The notes under the pieces were generated by a model, which was not told the DNA's origin, made no database searches, and saw nothing but the letters and a program-made list of their open reading frames with translations. From Octopus sinensis (lineage: Eukaryota), in NCBI RefSeq assembly GCF_006345805.1, contig NC_043001.1, positions 86,304,001 through 86,368,000 on the forward strand: a DNA stretch of 64,000 nucleotides. Reading direction: 5' to 3'. Of the stretch, positions 13,321-64,000 are shown piece by piece. Every line of letters starts with the position of its first letter. The stretch's first letter is position 1. Both the position numbers and the translations under genes were made by a program.

Positions 13321-13539
13321 TATCACGTTGTCAGAATGAACAACAGTATTCCAAAAGTCATTATGTATAGCCATCTCCATGATCGAAGAGAGAAGGAGAG
13401 AAGACGGTGATGGCAAAAATACAAGGGTAAGCTTAAAGCTAAGCTAAAAGTGACAAAAATTATCCTAAAAACTCTGGGAAAAGGCATAGAATCGCAAGGA
13501 ATGTAGGTTAACTTGTTATAAAGGCATAATCTATCTATC

Positions 13540-15720
13540 TCTATCTAGGTCGTTCCACGGGATGCTCCAACACTGTTTCCACACGTTTTCACCATTCATC
13601 TTGATATTCCATAATGGTCCTCAGCCCCTGTACCCCTTCCATACTAGTATCCTCCAGCAAGTTGTTGATATAGCTATATAGCTCATCTTCCGCCTTCCTC
13701 TCCTGGTTCTTCTTTCCGTTGGTTGCCGGAGCACTAGCTTGTTAGCAATTTCATCGGTGTGTCTGATGCAGTATCCAGCTAGCTTCAGCCTCCTATGCTG
13801 TGTTTTCAACGTTACTTTTGGTAATTCCTGGTCAAAGTTGGTGTTTCTTGTATGACTCTTACAGGAGACATTGAGTGCCATTCTAAGCATCCTTGTATAA
13901 CAACCGTCCAATGCTTTAGTGAGCGTCCATGTTTCAGCCCCATATAGAAGAACAGACTCAACTGCTGCCAGAAACAACCTCACTTTCAACTTCCTTGCTA
14001 ACTTTGAACTCCATACCTTTCTCGGTTTATGGCATGCGCTCCAGGAAAGAGTTTTCCTTGCTACGATGTCTTATTCAGTACATTGTGTCCAAAGCATCAA
14101 GTAATTTGAAATTTTCAACTACCTTCAGCGATGTAACGCCTCTCACTTTCACTGACACAGGCATTTCGCGATTGAATACTCTGTTTTCATTGCGTTACAG
14201 TACAATCCTACCTTCCCCGATTTCTGCTCTAATCTGCTCAGCACCCCTTGTGCCTGATCTGTCCTCTCTGTTAGTAATGCCAGCTCATCAGCATAGCCTA
14301 GGTCAGTTACTGTTACTGCTTGAAGCCGTTTACTTTTTTGCCTATGCTGTTTGAATTCCAGTTCATCTTCCTTGCCCTCGTACGTTCTACGCATTACATA
14401 GTCCAGAGCGATGGCGAAGAGATAAGGTGATAGTGTGTCACCTTGTAATACTCCGGTTTTGACTTCAAAGTATTCCGTTTCTCCATCAGGAGTGATCACT
14501 TTCGCTCTGGTGTTCTCATACAGTTTACTTATTGCTCTCAGAATTCTTGGTGGAATATCATATGCTTTAATTATCTTCATCATCATTCCTCTACGTACTG
14601 AATCAAAAGCCTTTTTAAAGTCTACATAGATAATGATAGCTTTCCTGTTATGGATCTTAACTCCCTCTATCAGTCTTCTAAGTGCGACAATGATTTGGTC
14701 GCAATTGTTTGTCTATATTAGATTGTATTCGTTTAAGTATCATCTTGACGACCATTTTTGTAACAATGGATGACAAACTGATCCCTCTGTAATTCCCAGT
14801 ATCACTTAGGTCTCCAGTTTTGGGCTGCGGTAGCAAGTCTAACTCAGACCATTGTTCTGGCTTCACATTGTCATTTAGTAGTTTGTTTGCAAATTCAAGG
14901 ATGACGTCATCTAAATCACACCTTTTTAGTAGCAAGTCTAACTCAGACCATTGTTCTGGCTTCACATTGTCATTTAGTAGTTTGTTTGCAAATTCAAGGA
15001 TGACGTCATCTAAATCACACCTTTTTAGTACTTCTGGTGAGATGTTGTCAGGACCAGTTTGTTTTTCTTCTTTCAGGTTACTTGTAGATCTTTCTATTTC
15101 ATGTTTTGTGAAGTCTTTATCCCCGACTTGCAAACTGTCAAATATCTTCGCTAGTTCTTCCTTTTCTGTTTCACTGTCAACTTCTGGATCCTTCATAAGT
15201 TAGTTGTAGAAATGAGTGTACCACTTCTTGATTCTCTCGTCCCTTGATTTCCCTTTGATGATGCCTTGCTTTGCAACTTTGCGACCAGTGATGTACCTTC
15301 TCGAGGTGAAGTGCCTGTGTGCTCCATTGACCTGGAGAGCTAAGCTGGAGGGAGAAAAATCTTCAGGCAGTTCTTACCAGACCAGACAGGTCGAAGGTGG
15401 GGAGACAGACAAAACATTAACCATGAGAGGAGTAAGCCTCAATGACAATAAATCAAAGCGTTGGCTGCAGGGCGTGGATTTAGTTATTGGCAGGTCCTAA
15501 CAGATCAGATTCGTGGCTTTGAACTAACAAGATGCCAGGCAGAGTATCTTGAATACAAGACAATGGAGGAAACCCTAATATTCCTAGTTAGATGAAAACT
15601 TCGGGAGCGTATGGAGCAGCGCCCTGTGACTCGTATAGTATGCGCAACCGAAATCCCTATGAATCCACGCTTTAACAGCACCAGAGTTAGAGGCCTTGAC
15701 TCAGACATTCCAGATTTTCA
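13540..15720 (-). mobile_element. RTE-clade LINE, internally deleted and decayed
   Basis: GNYRGISLSSI, DFKKAFDSV, GVLQGDTLSPYLF, YADELALL, ESVLLYGAETWTLTK; 99-bp in-frame tandem duplication at 14831-15028. Confidence 0.88.
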
Positions 15721-16973
15721 AGCAAGTCGCATAAAAGCATAAACAACTATGAATAAGCTGTCAGAATTATATTAGAGAACTGAACGCAAAGAAAATATCT
15801 TGGACTAACATAACAAATGCTTTATATAATAATCTTCTTTTATGTCCAATCTGAGGTCTTGTCAGCAAATTGTTGGCTGGATTAAAATCTTATAAGGGAC
15901 CTAGACATGACACCTAAAACAACAAAAGCTGTTGTTAGACTCTCATACACAGATTTTGAATCTCTACAGGTTTGTATGTATGTGTGTGTAGTGTGAATTT
16001 AAACATGCTATATGTAAGATTTTTGGAGGCTTGCGTCGAGAATGAAGATAAAATGAAAAAATAAGAATAAAATGGATTGCAATTGATAAATACTTGATCC
16101 TTTATTTGCTTCGTTAAAAACTACAGCTGGCACACATGCATGCACACACATATAGATTCAAATTGATAAAGAACATCGCAAAGAGCTAAACGCAAACTTC
16201 ATTTTACCAAATTCAAGAAGGCAAATTGAACACTTGACCTTTTTTCAACTCATTCAGATTTATATAAAAAAGGAAAATTTCAAGGTCCCACCATTGATAA
16301 TGACGAGTCTCTGAGGGGGATTAAAGCGCCAATAAATAGCATTTATCCAAATTCTGACTACTTTCTTCTTTATATTTATAATACATTAAAAGTCAGTTTC
16401 AGTCTTGATTGCTGGCTTGTAATTTTACTCAGCAAAAGTGGCGAAACGGGAAAATACCATGAATTAAGTTTACCCTGAAATGTTAATACGAATCGAATGA
16501 AGCTAGTTTCGCGTAAATCGGTAGTTTTTAAGATATTTTCAGAGCATAAAAGGCCAAAACAGTGCATAATGGGAAAATGTTACGAAAATAATCTTCATTC
16601 TGAAAGGGAGGAAACTCTTATCTTTCTATTAGACAGTGAGATAGCAACGACAAAAAAAAATGGTGTTTTTTTTTTACAATTTCTATTTTCGCTTTTGTTA
16701 AACACAATATTTTAATCATTTGCAAATATTTTTAAGTGAATGTGATTTCAAAAATGTAAGCTGTTTGTACAGTAAGTGTGTATATTTTAGATTTCTTTAA
16801 ACAGACAATATTCTAATGTTTTTTAAAATTACAAAAAAATTTTATTTACATATTTAAAAAATATTTTAAAGTAAAAATCACTGTAACTTCTGATGGTAGA
16901 TATTTTGTAAAAGACCGTTCGTAAAACTCAAGTGAAATAGATGTGGCTGCACAACACACACCAACACACATTT

Positions 16974-17011
<38 letters not shown>

Positions 17012-17827
17012 CTGCATTCATATATATATATATATAATATATAAATATATATATCTATATTAATATATTAATATATATATATATATATATATTATTATAA
17101 TATATATATGCTATCACCTGTGTCATTGATTCTGTTATCATCATCTTAAAATAGTTACATTGGATAATAATAGAATTAATGACACCTTCGTAAATTAATT
17201 TTTGGGGAATTATTTTTCTCGTAAATTGTATCGAGATTATTTTACACTGGTGGCTGTTATGATTTCGGCGCGAAACGAACAAGTTTCAGCACAGACTTCG
17301 AAGCGATAGGTTGGTAGTGTCTAATCATGGTAACACGTGCTGAAGAAGCTAAGGTTTTATTTTACCAATGCAGAAACCGGTCCGCGTGAGTCCAAATACT
17401 TAAATGTGTGTTAGTAGATTGTCTTAACCTGATTTTGCCATCGTTTAATTTCTGTAGTTTTCGTCTGTATTTTTGGCGATTTAATAAGAGTTTTGACTGT
17501 TATTTCTAGCAGGTAGATATACTTAGTATGTCATTTGATTAATTTTAATCCCTCGGCTATTTAATGTTATTTTTTGGCCTGCTATCGCCTGTATCAATGA
17601 TTCTGTTATTATCGTTTTTAAAATAGTTACATTGGATAATAATAGAATTAATCACACCTTCGTAAATTAATATATATATATATATATATTATATATATCT
17701 ATATATATATATATATCTAATATTTATATTATATATATATATATTAATATATATATTATATATATATATATATAGATATATATTATATATATAATATCAT
17801 ATTTATATATATATAATATATATATGT

Positions 17828-17903
<76 letters not shown>

Positions 17904-17962
17904 CGGAGATGTACTCGCCATAGAAGTAATTTGATCTGAGATCGGTGTGCTGAAACGAAAAA

Positions 17963-18213
17963 CAATTGCCAGCGTGGAAGGTGTTTATAAGCCATTTAAG
18001 AAAAACACACAAAAGCCGTTCGATTCACTCCAACATTAAGTTTAATTTGTCAAAATATTTTCGTCGCTGAGATGCAGCACGGGACTTTGTCAGTGAACAG
18101 GTCGCGGATTTAGCGACGAAAATATTTTGACAAATTAAACTTAAAATGTGGAGTGAATCGAACGGCTTTTGTGTGTTTCTTAAATGGCTTATAAACCTTC
18201 CACGCTGCAATTG
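17963..18213. repeat. Palindromic (fold-back) element
   Basis: About 100-bp arms (17963-18069 / 18113-18213) are reverse complements; (TA)n on both sides. Confidence 0.85.
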
Positions 18214-18220
18214 TATATAG

Positions 18221-18291
<71 letters not shown>

Positions 18292-18304
18292 AATATATAT
18301 AAAT

Positions 18305-19581
18305 TCAGTTCTTTTGACAGAAGTTGGATTTCATCATTGTCAAGATCTCTTTTAGATAAATTAATTATTTTAGGATCTATACGCTCTGTTGTTTTGGGTG
18401 TGTTGCCTTTTTGATCTTTCCTTTTTCCGGTGTTTGTTGTCCTGACGTTAAAAAATGGATTTTTCTCTGTTTATGATTTATGTTCTTGTTAATGTTTGCC
18501 TGATGGACTTTGCGTCTTGGTTGTGGTATTTGGTATTTTACTTGGCTTCGTTATCTTTTCTGACCTGCTTTTTGTATTATGTATATTATTTTTCAATTTC
18601 TTGTTAGCTTTGTTTTTAACAACTTGAGGAAATCTATGTTTACTTCCAGATTTAGATCGATTATATGCCCAGTTCTTTGTAGGTAATCTCTGTTGAGGTT
18701 TCGGAAATGATCACCAGCTATTTCTACTCCTAATGGTCTGATTAAAGGAATATCTATCTTGTTTATGCTTTTTGTTCGCACTGAATACATTAGAGTGCTT
18801 GCATACAAAAAAGGAAGAATTCTTACCGCAGTTCATCTTCAATTCATGGTGAAACGAGTGTTCATGTTGCCACGTGTTCTGGCATATGTTACGTTGATGA
18901 GATTGTTCACTTTTAATGCTATTTCTCAGAGTTCTAGTGTTTTTACCATAATTTGTGGCATGTTTGGCGAGAAATAATTGTGTCTGCTGCCATAACTTTC
19001 TTGATCAGCTTTCTTCTTTTAAGATATCTCTGATCCATTATTCTCGCATTTTTTCTGCTATTTTCTTCCAGTCATTAGTTTTGATATTTCGTCTCCAATT
19101 TGACCATCGATAGCTTCGTATTTGGCTCTGTAACAAGATAGTTTACAAAGAGTAATAGAGATGTCGGTCCGAGTTTTGTCAAAGTAAGATGGCTGCCACT
19201 AAAGAAATCCATTTCGAATGTGTTTCGGCATATGCCTTCCAGTAGTTTTATATTCTTATGTTAAGAGTTTTTCCATGTCTTCCACGTCCTTTTCCTTTTT
19301 CGATGCGCTTCATTTTCTACATTTCTTTCGTTTATTTCTGACATCCAAGGAGGTAGTGGTAGGATTTCTCTTGCAGAATTTATAACTGTTTGCATAATTT
19401 CAGCTAAATTCTTAATTTCAGAGTTTATGTGTTCATTTACAAGTTTTCCGTCAGTAGACAGTTTTTCTATTTCTTTTAAAATAGAGAATTGTGTATCAAT
19501 CATTGTGATGAGTGTTTACAATTTCGATGAGATTTCCATTTGAATTCTTTCTGATTGATTTGATAGGACTTGGCGTTTTGG

Positions 19582-19585
<4 letters not shown>
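18305..19585 (-). mobile_element. Penelope-like element 5' fragment, related to 7105-8020
   Basis: Antisense ORF 18759-18977 closely resembles 7329-7547; shared ggaccgacatctc, gtcaggacaacaaacac, IINLSKRDL. Confidence 0.8.
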
Positions 19586-19631
<46 letters not shown>

Positions 19632-19879
19632 GTTTTAAAGCTCCATTAAACGTGGAATCAGTAAAAAATGTACTCCATCCAGTGAGAGATAAATATCAAT
19701 GTATATACAAACCGAAAAGCTACTTAATTCGAAATCTGAGGTTTTTAGCCGGTGAAGACACATGGATAGGTTTCCTTTTTCGTAGGCTTTGATATATTTT
19801 CAGTTATTTTCTCTAAGCCAGTTGTATATAATAATCTTCAATCAAAGAGGACGAGCATCTTAATTTTCTGATTTCATTT

Positions 19880-20034
19880 CTTTTTCTCGTTCCATTTTTT
19901 GCACCAATTATATAACTTTTTTCCACATTTTTTCTCATTTTATCCTTTCCAGCATCCTGTTTTAATATATATACTATATTATATATATATATCATATATA
20001 TATATATATATAACATATAAATATATAAATATAA

Positions 20035-20066
<32 letters not shown>

Positions 20067-20349
20067 ATTATATATATATATATATTATATATAAAACGCA
20101 TAAAACAGAGGATGAAAGATTGCTTTAAGATATATAGCGTACTTTTATAAATATGCTCGTTCAAGTATCATAATACCATGAAATACTAGTTGGTCTTTTG
20201 GTTATGTATTTAAATTTAAATATATATATATATATAATACATAACCAAAAGAGCAACTAGAAATTTCATGCTATTATGATACTTGAACGAGCATATTTAT
20301 AAAGTACGCTATATATCTTAAAGCAATCTTTCATCCTCTGTTTATGCGT

Positions 20350-20385
<36 letters not shown>

Positions 20386-20587
20386 ATTATATTAAAAACA
20401 GGGGTTCTGGAAAGGATAAAAATGAGAAAAAATGTGGAAAAAAGTATCATAAATTTGGTGCAATTAAATTTAAGTACCTTATTCAACTGAATCTTGTTAT
20501 ATATGTGTGTCAGTGTGTTTGTGTGTAAATACGTACATGCATACATAGATACATACATACATACATGTATATATATATATATTATAA

Positions 20588-20672
<85 letters not shown>

Positions 20673-20901
20673 CATATACTTTGGAAAACTGTTTACAACC
20701 TATATCTGCCTCTAATGGAATTATCTCCAATATTTCATGAGTATAACCTCACCCACTAAGATGTCTAGAGAAATCATATGTATTTTAGCTGATGAGTACG
20801 GGACACTTTTATCTGCTGCAATTTTGCAACTTGTAATAAAGCCTGTCTTGTATGAAACAATTGTACTAAAAAAAAATCCATTCTTGTTGATTCTTTCTCG
20901 T

Positions 20902-20938
<37 letters not shown>

Positions 20939-21600
20939 CTATGTATGTATCTATGAATGCATGTATGTATTTACACACATAGATAATATATATATATATA
21001 TATCTATATATATATATATAGTATTATATTATATATATATATAATATATATATATATATGTATGTATCTATGTATGCATGTATGTATTTACACACACACA
21101 CACACACATATATATAAACAAGATTCAGTTGAATAAGGTACTTAAACTTGGGGCACCTATTTACGTCAGAATGAAATGCACCCACAATTTTTAGATGAAC
21201 ACTAGCCTTGGTGCAGAGGTACTAGCAGAATAATATTCGGGTAATGTATGCAGTCAATTTGACCCAAATGAGTATATAATCCGCTCTTGAGTTATTCAGA
21301 CATATGCATTTCATTAAATATACAGTCCCTATACTTCTGAACACGCGAGGAGCATGTTCTGAGATAGGTGAATTAAATATAAATAAAACAATTGAAGGTC
21401 AGATGTCAATTCATTACGGCCGTTTCTAACGATTTTTTAAATTGATAAATGAGTACATTATATCAATATAAAAACCGTTCTTTCTAAGTTTTCAGCTAAA
21501 TAAAACGTTTTTAATGATATAATATACTCATCTATCAATTAGAAAATTCGTTAGAAACGACCCTAATGAACTGACACCTGTCCTGCAATTGTTACTTATT
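19880..21600. repeat. Cluster of nested or adjacent inverted-repeat elements around (TA)n
   Basis: Pairs: about 19880-19975/20385-20470; 20095-20210/20236-20352; 20470-20510/21110-21150; 21391-21597 internal palindrome. Confidence 0.8.
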
Positions 21601-21789
21601 TATTTACATAAATATGTGTCTGTGTGTGTGCGTGTGTGCAGGTATATATATATATATATATGTAAATGTAATATATGATAATTATTCGGTAGCCAAGATA
21701 AAACTCTGAGTTTTGGTTGCCGAGGTGGAAATCCACGCCACCATCTCTTCAGTTATCCGGTCATCGGAAAAACCTTGTGATTTTGTTAT

Positions 21790-21919
21790 AAATTCTGAGT
21801 GAGTTATATCGTGGGGTGACGGAACTCAAACAGGATCTGCCTAGTTTAAATTCCGGAACATAGGCGGTTATTGAATAAAATGCCTCAAGGATAGATTTCT
21901 CACATGAAACCAATGGGAT

Positions 21920-21965
<46 letters not shown>

Positions 21966-22874
21966 CAGGGTGCGATAGGTAAATTGTTGCCATTTTATAT
22001 TTCTAATATTGCGCATGCGCATTGCTTGTTTTTGATTTTGTCGACTACACAGTATAGTAGATTCAGGTGGGCACCGTCTGTGAGAAACACAGCACCATGA
22101 TGCTATTCAGTCTGACAGAAATTTTGAAAAGCGATGCTGTATTGCTTTGCGTTCACGCTGGAAGCTCCAATACAAACATGTACAAATACAAACATGTACC
22201 AATACGAACATGTGCTGATAGTGATAAAAATCAAACATCCAGTAAACATCATGGTGTTTGGAGTGATCACTAGTGATGGTAACGTTGTGCCTCCATTCAT
22301 CCTCCCACACGGCCTCAGACTCAGCGCGGAGGCCTACATCAAGTGCCTGGAGACGGTAGTGCTGCCCTGGGTCAAGAGGGTAGCTGCTGGAAGACCATGT
22401 ATCTGGCAAGAAGACTCTACACCATGCCACACAAGCATGGTGAACTCAGTCATGGCTGTCAGCCAATTTCTGACATCACATCACCCCTAACATCTGACCA
22501 TCTAACTCCCCAGAATGCAAACCCCTTGATTATTATGTGTGAGAGACCAACAAAACACCTTTTAATATCAAAGAGGATTATGACAGCATTCACCAACTTA
22601 AACTAGGAGACTGTCCAAAAGAGTTGCAGGAAATTCCTAAGTCATCCGGAGGCCGTGGTTGAAGCCAATTGAGATTTCATTGAATAAATTTACTCTTTAA
22701 TATTTCAAGATATTTTTATGTAATTTTAGAAAATATATATGTTAAAATGAGATGTTAGTATCATTTTCATTATTGCGTAATTTAAACGACATTTTATTCA
22801 CCGCACCCTGTTATGTATGTATGTATGTATGTATGTATGTATGTATGTATGTATGTATGTATGTAGTATGTATG

Positions 22875-22965
<91 letters not shown>

Positions 22966-23001
22966 TATATTACATACACACACACATATATAAATATACA
23001 A

Positions 23002-23044
<43 letters not shown>

Positions 23045-23047
23045 GTG

Positions 23048-23078
<31 letters not shown>

Positions 23079-23338
23079 CAATTTGATAATATGTGTGTGG
23101 TGTATGTATGTATATCCCATATATGGTTGTGTGTGTCTTTTGTGTGTTCGTTCGTTTAATAGTTTCTAAAAATAATTTGAGACGTTTCTTTACAGCGCTA
23201 GTTGTCCAATCCCATTGGTTTCATTGAAGAAATCTATCCTTGAGGCATTTTATCCAATAACCGCCTATGTTCCAGAATTTAAACTAGGCAGATCCTGTTT
23301 GAGTTCCGTCACACCTCGATATAACTCACTCAGAATTT
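21790..23338. repeat. Inverted-repeat element (about 130-bp arms) enclosing a Tc1/mariner derivative
   Basis: 21790-21920 is the reverse complement of 23207-23338. Confidence 0.85.
21966..22810 (+). mobile_element. Deleted Tc1/mariner-superfamily (maT/DD37D-like) transposon
   Basis: Ends CAGGGTGCG/CGCACCCTG preceded by TA; transposase remnant MVFGVITSDGNVVPP...IWQEDSTPCHTS. Confidence 0.8.
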
Positions 23339-23571
23339 ATTAAAAAATCACACGGATATTGTATATACGATATACGTTTCATATATCTAGGAGTTCTTTC
23401 GTGTATGTATATATATAAAAAACTGAGCACCATTGCCTTTCTTTTAGTGTTTGACTGGTGACCTCGTAGATTATTCTGGTGATATATTTATTGATGTTTT
23501 GAAATTTTTTAAGAATTGTTTGAAGTCAGAGCAACCAGAAGACATAAGAAATTGAAAGAATCACCAAGAAA

Positions 23572-63613
<40,042 letters not shown>

Positions 63614-64000
63614 GTAAGAAAACATGAACTTCATTTCATTTATGAAATATTTCTGTATTTACTTGCTTTTAAAGATATTAATCTCCAGTTGGTGATTCAA
63701 AAAATTTAGTAACAGATATCAAAGCAATAAGTATCAAAAGGGGTGTATTCTCAAAATTATCAGTAACTTTCATACTGTAATAGCCATGGCTTTGTGGTTA
63801 AGAAGCTCGATTTACAACCACTCTGTTTTGGGTTTAGTCCCACTTCACGGCACCTTGGGCAAATGTCTTATACTATAGCCACAGATCAACCAATGCGATA
63901 TGTTGGAACTTGGTAGGCGGAAATTGTGTGGAAACCTGTGTATATATATATATTATATATATATATATACAATAGGATAAAATCTTTATAAGAATTTATC

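Noticed and set aside
17265-17355. GAAAC...CTGAAGA as a type II hammerhead
   Set aside because: Stems I and II do not pair adjacent to the core.
19813-23159. Many ORF-track entries rich in YI/IY/CV repeats (also at 10752, 17783, 35833-36374, 62059)
   Set aside because: Translations of (TA)n, (CA)n and (GATA)n microsatellites, not proteins.
23410-23422. TATAAAA as the ITIH TATA box
   Set aside because: Lies at the end of a (TA)n run in very AT-rich DNA; not distinguishable from chance.

Overview
AT-rich, microsatellite-dense eukaryotic DNA; the tRNA-derived SINE families suggest an octopus (coleoid) genome (inference from recognising the repeats). The main host gene is a + strand inter-alpha-trypsin inhibitor heavy chain (ITIH)-like gene (signal peptide, VIT, vWA with intact MIDAS). 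It starts at 23572 and probably runs past the window end. Reading splice sites by eye, its post-vWA Pro-rich region is built from an array of symmetric phase-1 micro-exons (27, 27, 24, [18], 15, 18, 15, 66 nt). Several arose by local duplication, and their coding bases are more diverged than the flanking introns. One copy has an AA instead of AG acceptor. The large vWA exon is one base short at a G5 run. The rest is transposon-derived: Penelope-like elements with hammerhead ribozymes, a near full-length CR1-group LINE with a Myb/SANT-like + CCCH ORF1, a Tx1/L1-type LINE with a 15-bp TSD whose endonuclease is replaced by a SINE head, RTE and R4/Dong fragments, Tc1/mariner derivatives, SINEs and many hairpin elements. 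All alignments and counts were done by eye; most repeat boundaries are approximate.
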